A stretch of 64,000 nucleotides of DNA from a bacterium (lineage in GTDB: Bacteria; Electryoneota; Electryoneia; Electryoneales; Electryoneaceae): contig CAXXKJ010000002.1 of NCBI GenBank assembly GCA_963675295.2, positions 512,001 to 576,000 on the forward strand, written 5' to 3'. The translations under genes were made by a program, and so were the position numbers. Shown in pieces: positions 39,161-49,016 of this stretch; the stretch's first letter is position 1, and every line of letters starts with the position of its first letter. The notes under the pieces were generated by a model. The model did not search any database, was not told where the DNA came from, and saw only the letters and a list, made by a program, of their open reading frames with translations.

Positions 39161-40774
39161 CAGACTGCTGACAAAGTCCCCACGGGCTCTCGACCTGTGG
39201 GGATTTGTTTTGTATCTTTGTAGATGCTACCTACTTCCAAAGCTCATCAAAGCGCAGCGGAGCTTATTTACATTGACGATTTGGTCCCGGACGATCATCT
39301 TTTGCGGAAGATTGATGCGGCAATTGATTTTTCGTTTATCCGGGATCGTGTAAAGCATCTCTACAGCGCCGACAATGGCCGTCCGGCTGTTGACCCTGTC
39401 CTTCTGTTCAAGATGTTGTTCATCGGTTACCTGTACGGAATTCGGTCCGAGCGTCAGCTGGTGCGTGAGATCCAGGTCAATGTTGCCTATCGCTGGTTCC
39501 TCGGGCTGGATCTGCGTGACAAGGTGCCGGACGCGTCCACGATCAGCCAGAATCGACGACGCCGTTTCCGTGAAAGCACCATCTTCCAGGAGATCTTCGA
39601 CGAGATCGTGCTGCTGGCGATCCGTCGTGGCCTGGTCGATGGCCGGGTCTTGTTCACCGATTCGACGCACCTGAAAGCCAGCGCGAACAAGAAGAAGTTC
39701 AAGAAGCGGCAGGTGACAGTGGCGACGAAGTCGTATCTGTCCGATCTGGAAGAGGCGGTGGATGCGGATCGCCTGGCGCATGGCAAAAAGCCACTGAAGA
39801 AACGTGACAATGACGATTCATCACCGCCGGCGACAAAGGAAATCAAGGTCAGCACCACCGATCCGGACAGCGGCTTCATGGTGCGGGACGGCAAGCCGCA
39901 GGGCTTTTTCTACCTTGACCACCGTACCGTAGACAACAAGGCCGGAATCATCACCGACACGCATGTCACCCCCGGCAATGTGCATGACAGCACCCCCTAC
40001 CTTGAGCGCCTCGATGCGCAGATCTGCAAATTCCACTTCCCGGTGGAAAGGGTCGGTCACGACGCCGGCTACAATACCGCCGCCATCTGCAAGGGGCTGG
40101 AGGATCGAAAGATCGACGGCGTGATCGGCTCGGTACGTACGACACGCAAGAAGGGAATGCTGGCAAAACGACTGTTTGTGTACGATTCGCTGGGGGATGT
40201 CTACCACTGTCCCGGCGGCCAGACACTACCGTATCGCACGACGACACGTGAAGGCTACCAGGAATATGTTTCCGACCCGTCGCGCTGTGTCCTCTGTCCC
40301 CTGTTGCAGCAATGCACCGAAAGCGCCAATCACCGCAAGGTGGTCACCCGGCACGTGTGGCAGGCCAGCCGTGAAAAGATGATCGCGACCGCTCGGACAG
40401 AACGCGGACGGGCCACGTACCGGCGACGACGGGAGACGGTCGAACGCAGCTTCGGCGAAGCCAAACAACTGTATGGCCATCGCTATGCCCGGCTGCGCTC
40501 GATAGCCGGAGCACGTGAACAATGCCTGCTGTCCGCCGCCTGCCAGAACATGAAGAAGATCGCCATGACAATGGCGAAACACCCCTCTATCTCAAGACTA
40601 TGGACCTATTTAGCCGGTCTTCTATCCCAGCGCACCACGCTCAACGGTCTCGATAGAAAAATCGAGCGAAGAACCAAACACAACCTGCCAACTATACCAC
40701 AAATCCAACCAGTAGGATGTGCCGTGTGAATACAAAACAAACCCCATCAAATGACGGGGTTTGTCAGCAGTCTG
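39161..40774 (+). mobile_element. Complete IS1182-family element (1614 bp) flanked by a 29-bp direct repeat
   Basis: Perfect 15-bp terminal IRs CAGACTGCTGACAAA (39161-39175) and TTTGTCAGCAGTCTG (40760-40774). DR AAAGCGGGCGCGTAATCAGCGCCCGCTTT at 39132-39160 and 40775-40803. Confidence 0.95.
39224..40729 (+). CDS. IS1182-family DDE transposase
   Basis: DDLVPDDHLLRKID, GRPAVDP, SERQL, YRWFLG, DSTHLKASAN, TDPDSG, DAGY and VERSFGEAK. Confidence 0.95.
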   Translation: MLPTSKAHQSAAELIYIDDLVPDDHLLRKIDAAIDFSFIRDRVKHLYSADNGRPAVDPVLLFKMLFIGYLYGIRSERQLVREIQVNVAYRWFLGLDLRDKVPDASTISQNRRRRFRESTIFQEIFDEIVLLAIRRGLVDGRVLFTDSTHLKASANKKKFKKRQVTVATKSYLSDLEEAVDADRLAHGKKPLKKRDNDDSSPPATKEIKVSTTDPDSGFMVRDGKPQGFFYLDHRTVDNKAGIITDTHVTPGNVHDSTPYLERLDAQICKFHFPVERVGHDAGYNTAAICKGLEDRKIDGVIGSVRTTRKKGMLAKRLFVYDSLGDVYHCPGGQTLPYRTTTREGYQEYVSDPSRCVLCPLLQQCTESANHRKVVTRHVWQASREKMIATARTERGRATYRRRRETVERSFGEAKQLYGHRYARLRSIAGAREQCLLSAACQNMKKIAMTMAKHPSISRLWTYLAGLLSQRTTLNGLDRKIERRTKHNLPTIPQIQPVGCAV

Positions 40775-40804
40775 AAAGCGGGCGCGTAATCAGCGCCCGC
40801 TTTG

Positions 40805-41821
40805 CTATTTCAGCAACGTAGCCGTATCCACATTCCCCCCACTCAGCACCAGGCCCACGCGTTTCCCGGCGAACAGCTCGCGGTGTTTCAGCAGGGCGGC
40901 GAAGACGGTCGCGCCAGAGGGTTCGACGACCAGTTTCAGGCGTGTCCAGATCAGCAGCATCGCATCACGGATCTCGTCCTCGCTGACCAGCAGGATGTCC
41001 TCGAGGTGGTGGTGGAGGATCGGGAAGGTCAGCGTGCCGAGCGCGGTGCGGAGGCCGTCCGCGATGGTCAGGGCGTTTTTGGACGGCTGCAAGGTGCCGG
41101 TGTCGAGCGATTGTTTCGCGTCGTCGGCGATTTCCGGTTCGACGCCATAGACGGGGATGGGGAAGTGGCCACAGCGGGATGTGCTCGTGTCAGAGACTTG
41201 CAGACGCGGATGATCCGTCACGGTTTCACCATGCTCCCGATGCACGGCAATCGCGACACCAGAGCACAGCCCGCCTCCACCGACGGGAACCAGCACGGCG
41301 TCCAGATCCGGCACATCCTCCATTAACTCCAGCCCGACGGTGCCTTGTCCGGCGATGACGCGGGCGTCATTGTACGGGTGCAGGAACGTCGCACCGGTGT
41401 CGGCGACGACGTCCGCGAGGGTCGTTTCGCGCGCTTCGAGTGTTGGTTCGCACTGGACGATGCGTGCGCCGTAGCCCTCGGTCGCCAGCCGTTTCGCTTC
41501 GGGCGCGGAGGTTGGCATGACAACGTGCGCGGTGATCCCGCGCCACGCCGCGGCCTGCGCCAACGCCGCAGCGAAATTGCCGGAGCTGTGGGTGGCGACT
41601 CCACGGGACGCGTCCTCATCGGACAGGGAGAAGACGCCGTTGGTCGCGCCGCGCGCTTTGAACGAGCCGGTTTTCTGCAACGGTTCAGCCTTGAAAAACA
41701 GGTTGGCGCCCACGATTTCGTCAATCCGGCGGCTGGTCAGAACGGGTGTCCGGTGGATGTACGGACGGACTCGCTCGGCGGCGGCGAGAATGTCGGTGTA
41801 GTCTACGGCGAGCTCGGGCAC
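40805..41821 (-). CDS. PLP-dependent threonine/serine dehydratase (serine racemase-like), catalytic domain only
   Basis: QKTGSFKARGA, HSSGN, AGQGT, VPVGGGGL, TIADGL, EPSGA and LSGGN. Confidence 0.9.
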   Translation of the reverse strand: MPELAVDYTDILAAAERVRPYIHRTPVLTSRRIDEIVGANLFFKAEPLQKTGSFKARGATNGVFSLSDEDASRGVATHSSGNFAAALAQAAAWRGITAHVVMPTSAPEAKRLATEGYGARIVQCEPTLEARETTLADVVADTGATFLHPYNDARVIAGQGTVGLELMEDVPDLDAVLVPVGGGGLCSGVAIAVHREHGETVTDHPRLQVSDTSTSRCGHFPIPVYGVEPEIADDAKQSLDTGTLQPSKNALTIADGLRTALGTLTFPILHHHLEDILLVSEDEIRDAMLLIWTRLKLVVEPSGATVFAALLKHRELFAGKRVGLVLSGGNVDTATLLK

Positions 41822-41940
41822 GGCGAAATCTCCACGCGAAGTTCGGACAGGCTTATATTCCCGCGCAAGGTAAGGGCCGAATGGGCCTTTGGGATATGGG
41901 CAGAATTCTCATGGGTACGACCTCTCAGGGTGAGCGTATT

Positions 41941-44505
41941 GTGACGCGCCAGCTGCGGAAGGCTTGGCGTGCGCTTGCGTTGTGTCTGCTCGCCTTAATA
42001 GTCATTACGATCCCCTCAATGGCCCAGCCTGGTGCGGGTTGGGTGGGGCCATACCATGAGTTGAACAGAGTCCAGCAGCAACATCAGAACGGCTTGGTCG
42101 AGAATTTACCTGCTACGATCTCGTGGGATCAGTGGGCGGCCGGCGACGTCCGGCTGGATTCGCTCGGGCTCCGGCGGGCGCATGTGCCTCACGGATTTTT
42201 GCCCGAATTGGAGGCGAAACGTCCGACGGTTGCGTTGGCGTTGTCCGGCGGCGGTGCGCGTGGGTTGGCTCATATCGGCGTGATCGAGGGGTTTGAGTGT
42301 GCCGGAATGCCGATTGATCTCGTGGTCGGCACCTCGATGGGCGGGGTTATCGGCGGCCTGTACAGCGCGGGCTACACCAGCGACGAGCTGCGCGGTCTGA
42401 CCCGCCGTCTCGATTGGGGCGGATTGTTTTCCGATGCGCCCTCCCGCCGCAACCTGTTCCTCGCGCAGAAGGAAACGGCAAATCAGGACCTGGTCACGTT
42501 ACGCTTCCGGCAGGACGGCGACCCGTACATCCCGGACGCGCTGGTCTCCGGCGAAACGTTATTTATCGAGACGTTCCGGCTGATGCACGAAGGTCCGTAC
42601 GCGCCGATCGGGAACGGTTTCGACGGCGGCCGGGTCAAGGTCGGGCTGGTGACGACGGACATCGTCAACGGGGAGCGTGTCTACCTCGATTCGGGCGACC
42701 TCGGGCTGGCGTTACGCGCGGTGATGGCGGTGCCGATCATTTTCCGGCCGATGCGGGATGACGGGCGGTTGCTGGTGGACGGCGGCGCGTCTGAGAATAT
42801 CCCGGTGCGTTCTGCGAAGGAACATGGCGCGGACATTGTGATCGCTGTCGATTGCGCCACTCCCACCACCGACCCCGATCCTGACCTGCCGTGGGAAGTG
42901 CTGAACCAGGTGACGACGCTGATGACGGTGCCGAATGATTCGGTGTCGCGGGCGTTGGCGGACCTCGTGCTGACGCCGGATCTGAGCGGATTCGGGAGCA
43001 CGGATTTCGATCAGAGCGATTCGTTGATCGACGCCGGTCTCGCGGTCTTTGAACAGTACCGGGAGGCATTGGACAGGATCATGCCGCCGCCGGTTGACGC
43101 GCCAGAGCTGATGGTGGACGTGTCCAAGGTCGTGCTGACACGGGACGGGCCGGGACGGCTGAAGGAACCGTTGCCAACCTTTGAGCTGGCGCCGGGTACG
43201 TATTCGACGGCGGAGATCAACCGTCACCTGACCGGCTACCTGAAACAGCTGCGAGCGTTGGATTACGGCATGGCGCGGGCGCAGGCGTCGGTGGTCGGCG
43301 ATGAATTGCGCGTTCATCTGCATCTCGGGGTGCTCAGCGGACTGCACGCGGAAGGGGTGGACTATACCCGTGGCCGGTCGCAGCTGCGTGATGTGGGCCT
43401 CAAACCCGGCCAGGTGCTGAAGACGCAGGACATCGTCGATGCGTTGTGGGACATGCACGCCACGCAGCGGTACACGACGGTGTATTGCCGGCTGGACCGT
43501 CTCGCGGACGGCACCCTCGACCTGACCTTCCTGTTCGAGCTGGCTCCGCCGGTGCGTCTCGGTGTCGGCCTCGGGTATGATACCGACTGGGGCGCACGCT
43601 ACAAGGGCACGCTGGTGATCGATCAGCCGTTGCCGCTGGTCAGTGACGAACTCCGTTTTCACGCCATGTTTGGCGAATCGCGCCAGGATTACCGGATCAC
43701 GCTTCGCGCCGACCGGATCGCGGGCAGCTACGCCGGCTGGCAGGGGCAGGTTGGGTATAACCGGATTGATGTGCCGCAGTATGACAACCAGGGCGAGCGT
43801 ACGAATTATGCCTTCCAGGGTTGCAGCTGCGCGGGCCTGATGGCGCTGTTCAACCTGTACACGTGGGGCCGGGTGTCCGGTGGGTTGCGCGGGGAACGCA
43901 TCGAGGACGCCCTCGACGGCACCGAACGGTTGAATTATTACACGGCATTTGAGCTGAGCGGCGATCTGGACACGGAGGACCGGCGTCCCTTCCCGAATTC
44001 CGGCGCGCGGATTGATGTGTCGTACAACTCGTACGTGCAGGAGCTCGGCAGCGCGCGGGCATTCAGCGTGTTCGACCTCAGTATGCGGTACACGATTCCG
44101 GTGCTGCACCGGCTGTACCTGCAGGTGGGGGCACGCACCGGTGTTGCGGAATCGACGACGCCGTCGACGCATCGTTTCGCCATCGGCGGCCTGACCAATT
44201 TCCCGGCGCTGGCGCCCTACCGTTATCTGGCGCTACGGCAGGTGGGGACGAACGCGACGCTGCGGTACGACCTGATCAGCCGGTTGGTCGCGGATGCCTA
44301 CGTACTGCTGCGCTATGATGGCGTCGCGTACGGCAACCAGCGTGACTGGCGGCCGACGCGAGAAGATATTCTGAACTCGTTCTCCCTTGGTTTCGCGTTG
44401 GATACGCAACTGGGACCGCTCGAAATCTGGTCCGCGTGGACCCCACCCGCCGAGTCGCACCACTACAACAACCGTGTCCTAGTCAACTTCGGGTATCGGT
44501 TCTAG
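41941..44505 (+). CDS. Patatin-like phospholipase with POTRA-like region and Omp85-type barrel (PlpD/type Vd-like)
   Basis: LSGGGARGLAHIG, GTSMG, DGG, D.EDRRPFP.SG, TQLGPLEI and terminal VNFGYRF. GTG start inferred. Confidence 0.88.
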   Translation: MTRQLRKAWRALALCLLALIVITIPSMAQPGAGWVGPYHELNRVQQQHQNGLVENLPATISWDQWAAGDVRLDSLGLRRAHVPHGFLPELEAKRPTVALALSGGGARGLAHIGVIEGFECAGMPIDLVVGTSMGGVIGGLYSAGYTSDELRGLTRRLDWGGLFSDAPSRRNLFLAQKETANQDLVTLRFRQDGDPYIPDALVSGETLFIETFRLMHEGPYAPIGNGFDGGRVKVGLVTTDIVNGERVYLDSGDLGLALRAVMAVPIIFRPMRDDGRLLVDGGASENIPVRSAKEHGADIVIAVDCATPTTDPDPDLPWEVLNQVTTLMTVPNDSVSRALADLVLTPDLSGFGSTDFDQSDSLIDAGLAVFEQYREALDRIMPPPVDAPELMVDVSKVVLTRDGPGRLKEPLPTFELAPGTYSTAEINRHLTGYLKQLRALDYGMARAQASVVGDELRVHLHLGVLSGLHAEGVDYTRGRSQLRDVGLKPGQVLKTQDIVDALWDMHATQRYTTVYCRLDRLADGTLDLTFLFELAPPVRLGVGLGYDTDWGARYKGTLVIDQPLPLVSDELRFHAMFGESRQDYRITLRADRIAGSYAGWQGQVGYNRIDVPQYDNQGERTNYAFQGCSCAGLMALFNLYTWGRVSGGLRGERIEDALDGTERLNYYTAFELSGDLDTEDRRPFPNSGARIDVSYNSYVQELGSARAFSVFDLSMRYTIPVLHRLYLQVGARTGVAESTTPSTHRFAIGGLTNFPALAPYRYLALRQVGTNATLRYDLISRLVADAYVLLRYDGVAYGNQRDWRPTREDILNSFSLGFALDTQLGPLEIWSAWTPPAESHHYNNRVLVNFGYRF

Positions 44506-44903
44506 CGTCTGTTTCAGTCCTCGATTCACACGTTCAAGAAATATCATACTCGAAAACTAGCCTCGTCGATTCGGGTGTACCTCGACTCAAACAAGAAGTA
44601 TCTCCCTCTCAAAGTCGAAGTTTAGCCAACTGTTTTCTAATATACCAGATAGCAGAAATACAACTATTTTCCCTTCTATGAGCCGGGTTTCAGAGATAAT
44701 CCGGAATCTCTAAGAGCAAAAGAGACCCATGCTACGAAAGTGTTCAGAGGACACAAACTTCTTGCTTAAGTCGGTGCCGGGTTGTGAGTGAAGTAATTGC
44801 CTACCAAACAGGAAATATTTGCATACTATTGAATAACAAATATTTAATTTGCAAAATCGTCGACAAATGTTGAATAGCGAAAGCCCATCTCTTTTTCCGA
44901 GAG

Positions 44904-44934
44904 TTGACAAGCTAGAAGGAAGCTGCTATCTTTG
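44904..44934 (+). promoter_or_regulatory. Putative housekeeping promoter TTGACA-N17-TATCTTTG
   Basis: Exact -35 hexamer, 17-bp spacer, and a -10/-7 element matching TAnnTTTG. Confidence 0.65.
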
Positions 44935-45075
44935 ACTTCTAAGGATACTGAGTGACACAAATGGTTTGGGGCCTATCAGGTCACAAAGCGAAAGGTATCG
45001 TTCGAAGGATCGAGTACCAGAGTGTGATTTTCTCAGTCGAAGTCCGCTCGACCTTGATGTCGCCCAAGGAGGAAT

Positions 45076-45318
45076 ATGATTACGGAGTCAAAACAAGGAA
45101 CTCTCACCAAAGCCAAGTGCTTGAGTGAGAAAACCCCCGAGTGGCTGCTCGAGGGTCAAAGAACGAGTCAGACGAGAAGGTCTGAGGCCCGTTACAACAA
45201 ACGCAAGCTAGTCATGCAGCGTCAAAGAATCAAGCCTCAGGTTTCAGATCCTTTCGTCAAGTATGATCGCAACAGACATGTACGAAAGGCTTTCCAGTGG
45301 TTACAACGACAACGATAG
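45076..45318 (+). CDS. Small basic hypothetical protein (80 aa)
   Basis: AAGGAGG directly upstream of the ATG and downstream of a good promoter. No family recognised. Confidence 0.4.
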   Translation: MITESKQGTLTKAKCLSEKTPEWLLEGQRTSQTRRSEARYNKRKLVMQRQRIKPQVSDPFVKYDRNRHVRKAFQWLQRQR

Positions 45319-45590
45319 TACAAGAACTGCTGAACCACGTCAGAAAATGTGGTGGAAGCTACAGTAGTTGGTATGCTGGCGTAGCGACAAACGCCGAACA
45401 CCGGCTCTTTGTTGACCATAACGTTTCGAAGTATAGTGGGCAGTGGGCTTATCGGAATGCAGGTTCCGAGATTCATGCGCGACAGATTGAAAAACAGCTG
45501 CTAAATCTTGGGTTCTCCGGTGGACCTGGAGGCGGAGTGTCCCCAAAGATGGTGTACGTGTATAGAAAGACAACTTCGACCAGGCCTTGA
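45297..45590 (+). CDS. Small hypothetical protein (97 aa) with GIY-YIG-like residue pattern
   Basis: GG.YSSWYAGVA...RLFVDHNV...AR.IEK.LL..G..GGPGGG...VYVYRK. Confidence 0.7.
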   Translation: MVTTTTIVQELLNHVRKCGGSYSSWYAGVATNAEHRLFVDHNVSKYSGQWAYRNAGSEIHARQIEKQLLNLGFSGGPGGGVSPKMVYVYRKTTSTRP

Positions 45591-45625
45591 TAAACCGTAT
45601 TCTTCAGTAACAAAGGAAAACATCA

Positions 45626-46872
45626 TGGACCTCCCCTCTTTTCACGGACAGTGAAAGAAGTCCGATATTGGAAGGATAGGAGGTCACGATGAAGCGTCGT
45701 CACTTCAGCCGTTCGTTCAAGGTGGAGGTCTTGCAGCGGATTGAGGACAGCGGCCTCCGCTGCAATCGAGTTGCCTTGGACATGGGTTTGGATCCCAGCG
45801 TTGTTCGCCGCTGGAAGCGTCAGTTGGATCGCGAGGGATCGGATTCGTTTCCGGGCAGTGGTCATGTTCGCAGTTCGGCAGCGAAGCAGCGCCAGCTAGA
45901 GCGCGAGAATGCTCGTCTTCGTCAGGAGAACGAGATCTTAAAAAAAGCCATGGCCTTTTTCGGGAAGGAATCGAGCATCGGTACCGATTCATCCGGGAAA
46001 AGGCGCTGATTTATCCCGTGGCTGTGATGTGCCGTCTTTTGCGTGTTTCACGCAGTGGATATTACGCTTGGCGTGACCGTGCGCCCAGCGCGCGAGCCTG
46101 TCAGAATGCGGTTCTGGTGGATGTGATACGTACGATCCATCCGCAAGTCCGTTTTACGTATGGCAGCCCGCGTATGCATCGCGAGCTTGTGGCGCGTGGG
46201 TTTGCTTGTGGACGTCACCGTGTCGCGCGGCTGATGCGGGAGCACCGCATACGTGCCAAACAACGTCGCGGGTATCGTCCGCAAACCACCCGTTCCTCCG
46301 GACAGACTGCTGTGGCGCCGAATCTTCTTTCCCGTCGCTTTGACGCCGGTGTCCCCGACTGGGCCTGGGTGGCAGATATCACCTACATTGCCACGGATGA
46401 AGGGTGGTTGTATCTAGCGGCGGTGCTGGATCTGGGTACGCGGATGATCGTCGGCTGGGCAACATCCAGGCGACTGACCCGCCAGTTGACCTTGCGCAGT
46501 CTGATGATGGCACAGCAACGCCGCAGACCCGCTGCTGGCCTGATCCATCACTCCGATCAGGGCTCGCAATACGCCAGCGACCAATACCAGGCGGCCCTTG
46601 CCTCTTGCCAGATGCTGCCGTCCATGAGCCGCAAAGGCAACTGCTGGGACAACGCTATGATCGAAAGCTTCTTCTGCACGCTGAAAATCGAAGAAGTCAA
46701 CGACGCACGCTATGGCACACGTGAAGATGCCAAACGAAGCCTGTACCAGTATATTGAACGGTTCTACAACACCAAAAGAAGACACTCAAGCCTGAACTAC
46801 AAAACACCCGCTGAAGCCATGAAGGACTTCAAACGGGTGTAGTAAAGTGTCCGTGAATTCAGGGCAAGTCCA
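45626..46872 (+). mobile_element. Complete IS3-family element (1247 bp) with 3-bp target duplication TCA
   Basis: IRL is TGGACCTCCCCTCTTTTCACGGACA and IRR (reverse complement) is TGGACTTGCCCTGAATTCACGGACA. Ends are TG...CA, with TCA at 45623-45625 and 46873-46875. Confidence 0.95.
45689..46842 (+). CDS. IS3-family transposase OrfA (45689-46009) / OrfB (to 46842), -1 programmed frameshift
   Basis: OrfA has an HTH and ENEILKKA, with slippery A7G at 45940-45947. OrfB is in the -1 frame with WVADITY, HHSDQGSQY and GNCWDNAMIESFF. Confidence 0.95.
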
Positions 46873-47122
46873 TCACTGGTAGCCCGGTCCACCGTTGGTC
46901 CGGGCTTCTCCTCTCTGGCATTCGACTACCCTTCCAGTTGAAATCGCAAAAGCAAACGTGCATCCGAGTGTACCAGCCCGTATGTTGTTTCACCTGATTC
47001 CAGACCATAAAACCACCCCGTGAAGAATGAGGAAGACGATGCGTCCGAACCGTGCGCAACTCCGGCCGTTGCCGATGATTCAGCGTGAAAGACCCGTTCT
47101 GCCGCGGCGGGTGCCCGGCTCC

Positions 47123-48619
47123 ATGCGGGCGATCCTGCTGCTGCTCCTGTTCGCCGCCGGGTTGACCGGTTGCATGACGTCGCAGGAGGTGACGCGGGAG
47201 GAGATTCCGCTGCCGTTGCCGGTGGATGTGGATGCGGTCGCGATGATGGCGGACACGACGTTGATCCAGCCGCTCGAGGCCGAGGGCGCGACGGTTGCGG
47301 CGATTGTCGGCGACGCGCGTACCGGGGCGATGCTGTACGCGCACGACGAAGCCCGGTACATGCTGCCGGCGAGTGTGCAGAAGCTGTTTGTCGCGGTGGA
47401 CGCGATGGTCCGGCTGCCCACGGACTACCGCTTCGAGACAATGATCCACAGCAACGGGCCGGTGGTGAACGACACGTTGTTCGGCGACCTGATTATCAGC
47501 GGGGGCTGGGACCCGAGCCTGTCCGGGGCGGAACCGTATTCGGAGTGGCCGTGGGCGGTGTGGGACAGCCTCGCGCAGCAGGTTCGGGCGCAGGGTGTGC
47601 GGCACATCGCGGGTAACATCATCGCCGAGGGTGCGGCGTTCCTGCCCGCCGGGTGGGAGGTTGGCGACCTCGAGTACCGCTTCGCGCCACGGATCGCGCA
47701 GCTGATGTGGAACGATGGATCGGTATCGTACGCGCAGGCGGTGAGCGGCGTGAACTCGGTCGGGCTGAAGGTGTCGGTTTCGCCGGACCCGGTGTTCTGG
47801 ACGGCGGAGCACGGCGAGTTGTGGCCGATGCACAGCGCGCGGGTCCTGGAACCGCCTCCGCCGCCGAAACCGCCGGTGGAATCGCTGGACGAGCTCGAGC
47901 AGCCGGTAACGTTGAACGGATCGTGGACCACGACGATGACGCCGTCCCCGCGCCCGCGTGTGCTCGCAGGGGATGCGTTCCGGGAATCATTGCGCCGCGC
48001 CGGTGTCAGCGGCGGGGATTCGACGCGGGCGGTGAGTCCGTTGCCGCATCAACTGCCGCGCGGCGTGCCGAACGGGTTGCGGATTGTGCATCGCAGCGCG
48101 CCGTTGGACAACATCCTCGCGCCGATGCTGAAGGTCAGCTCGAATGCGTGGGCGGAACAGATCGCGGCGGCGGCGGGTACCTACACCAGGGATATGTATC
48201 GGCCGACGTGGCCGTCGGTGCTGGATTCGCTGGGCCTGACGCACGACCCGAACCTGAAAGTGGCGGACAACTGCGGCATGGCGCGCCGGAACCGGATGAC
48301 GGTATTCACTCCGCACGAGCTGCTGGTAAAAGCGTACGCGGAATGGGGCGGGCGGTGGCTCAACTTGTTGCCGCAGGCGGATGAGGACGGCTCCACTCTC
48401 GAGGGACGGCTGGCTGGTTTGGGCGGACGTGTCGTGGCGAAAACCGGTACATTGAGTGGCTGCCGCTCGTTGGCGGGATATGTGCTGGACGAGACTGGCC
48501 GTCCGATGATGGATTTTGTCGTGTTTGTGAACCACGCGCCCGAGTCACCTACGTGGCGGATGGACGAGTTTGTCCAGAAGCTGGTGGCGGAATACGATCG
48601 CGGGCGTGGGGAGGAGTAG
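47123..48619 (+). CDS. dacB: D-alanyl-D-alanine carboxypeptidase/endopeptidase (PBP4, peptidase S13), lipoprotein
   Basis: PASVQK (SxxK), GDLIISGGWDPSL, SSN (SxN), AKTGTL and lipobox LTGC. Confidence 0.88.
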   Translation: MRAILLLLLFAAGLTGCMTSQEVTREEIPLPLPVDVDAVAMMADTTLIQPLEAEGATVAAIVGDARTGAMLYAHDEARYMLPASVQKLFVAVDAMVRLPTDYRFETMIHSNGPVVNDTLFGDLIISGGWDPSLSGAEPYSEWPWAVWDSLAQQVRAQGVRHIAGNIIAEGAAFLPAGWEVGDLEYRFAPRIAQLMWNDGSVSYAQAVSGVNSVGLKVSVSPDPVFWTAEHGELWPMHSARVLEPPPPPKPPVESLDELEQPVTLNGSWTTTMTPSPRPRVLAGDAFRESLRRAGVSGGDSTRAVSPLPHQLPRGVPNGLRIVHRSAPLDNILAPMLKVSSNAWAEQIAAAAGTYTRDMYRPTWPSVLDSLGLTHDPNLKVADNCGMARRNRMTVFTPHELLVKAYAEWGGRWLNLLPQADEDGSTLEGRLAGLGGRVVAKTGTLSGCRSLAGYVLDETGRPMMDFVVFVNHAPESPTWRMDEFVQKLVAEYDRGRGEE

Positions 48620-48623
48620 CGTC

Positions 48624-49016
48624 ATGTTTTTCGGTGACATGTTCAAGCGGCAGAAGCCGCGCGGGCTGACGTGGACCCCGCGATATTTCGACGAGCGCGA
48701 GTTCGATCCGCTCGACGACGAACAATACGCCGAGATGCGGCGTCAAACCCGCATCCAGTTCCAGCAGTTGCGTACCAGTCACAGCAAACGGCGTGGGATG
48801 AACCCGTTCATCCTGCTCGCGTTTGTGTTCATGATCGGGGCGATTATCTGGGCGGCGTTGCGTCCCGAATCGCTGGAGAGTGTCCGTGACATTCAGCTGT
48901 CGCCGCAAGCGGTGGTTGAGGATGACCGTCCGGCGGCGGACGTGAAACCCCTGTACGTGGAAAGGGATACGGTGCATACGGAAGCAGCGCAGCCACAGAC
49001 CGGGGAGAGTCGATGA
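48624..49016 (+). CDS. Small single-TM hypothetical protein
   Basis: GAGGAG RBS, KPRG..WTPRYFD and one TM. The stop overlaps the mutL ATG (ATGA). Confidence 0.75.
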   Translation: MFFGDMFKRQKPRGLTWTPRYFDEREFDPLDDEQYAEMRRQTRIQFQQLRTSHSKRRGMNPFILLAFVFMIGAIIWAALRPESLESVRDIQLSPQAVVEDDRPAADVKPLYVERDTVHTEAAQPQTGESR

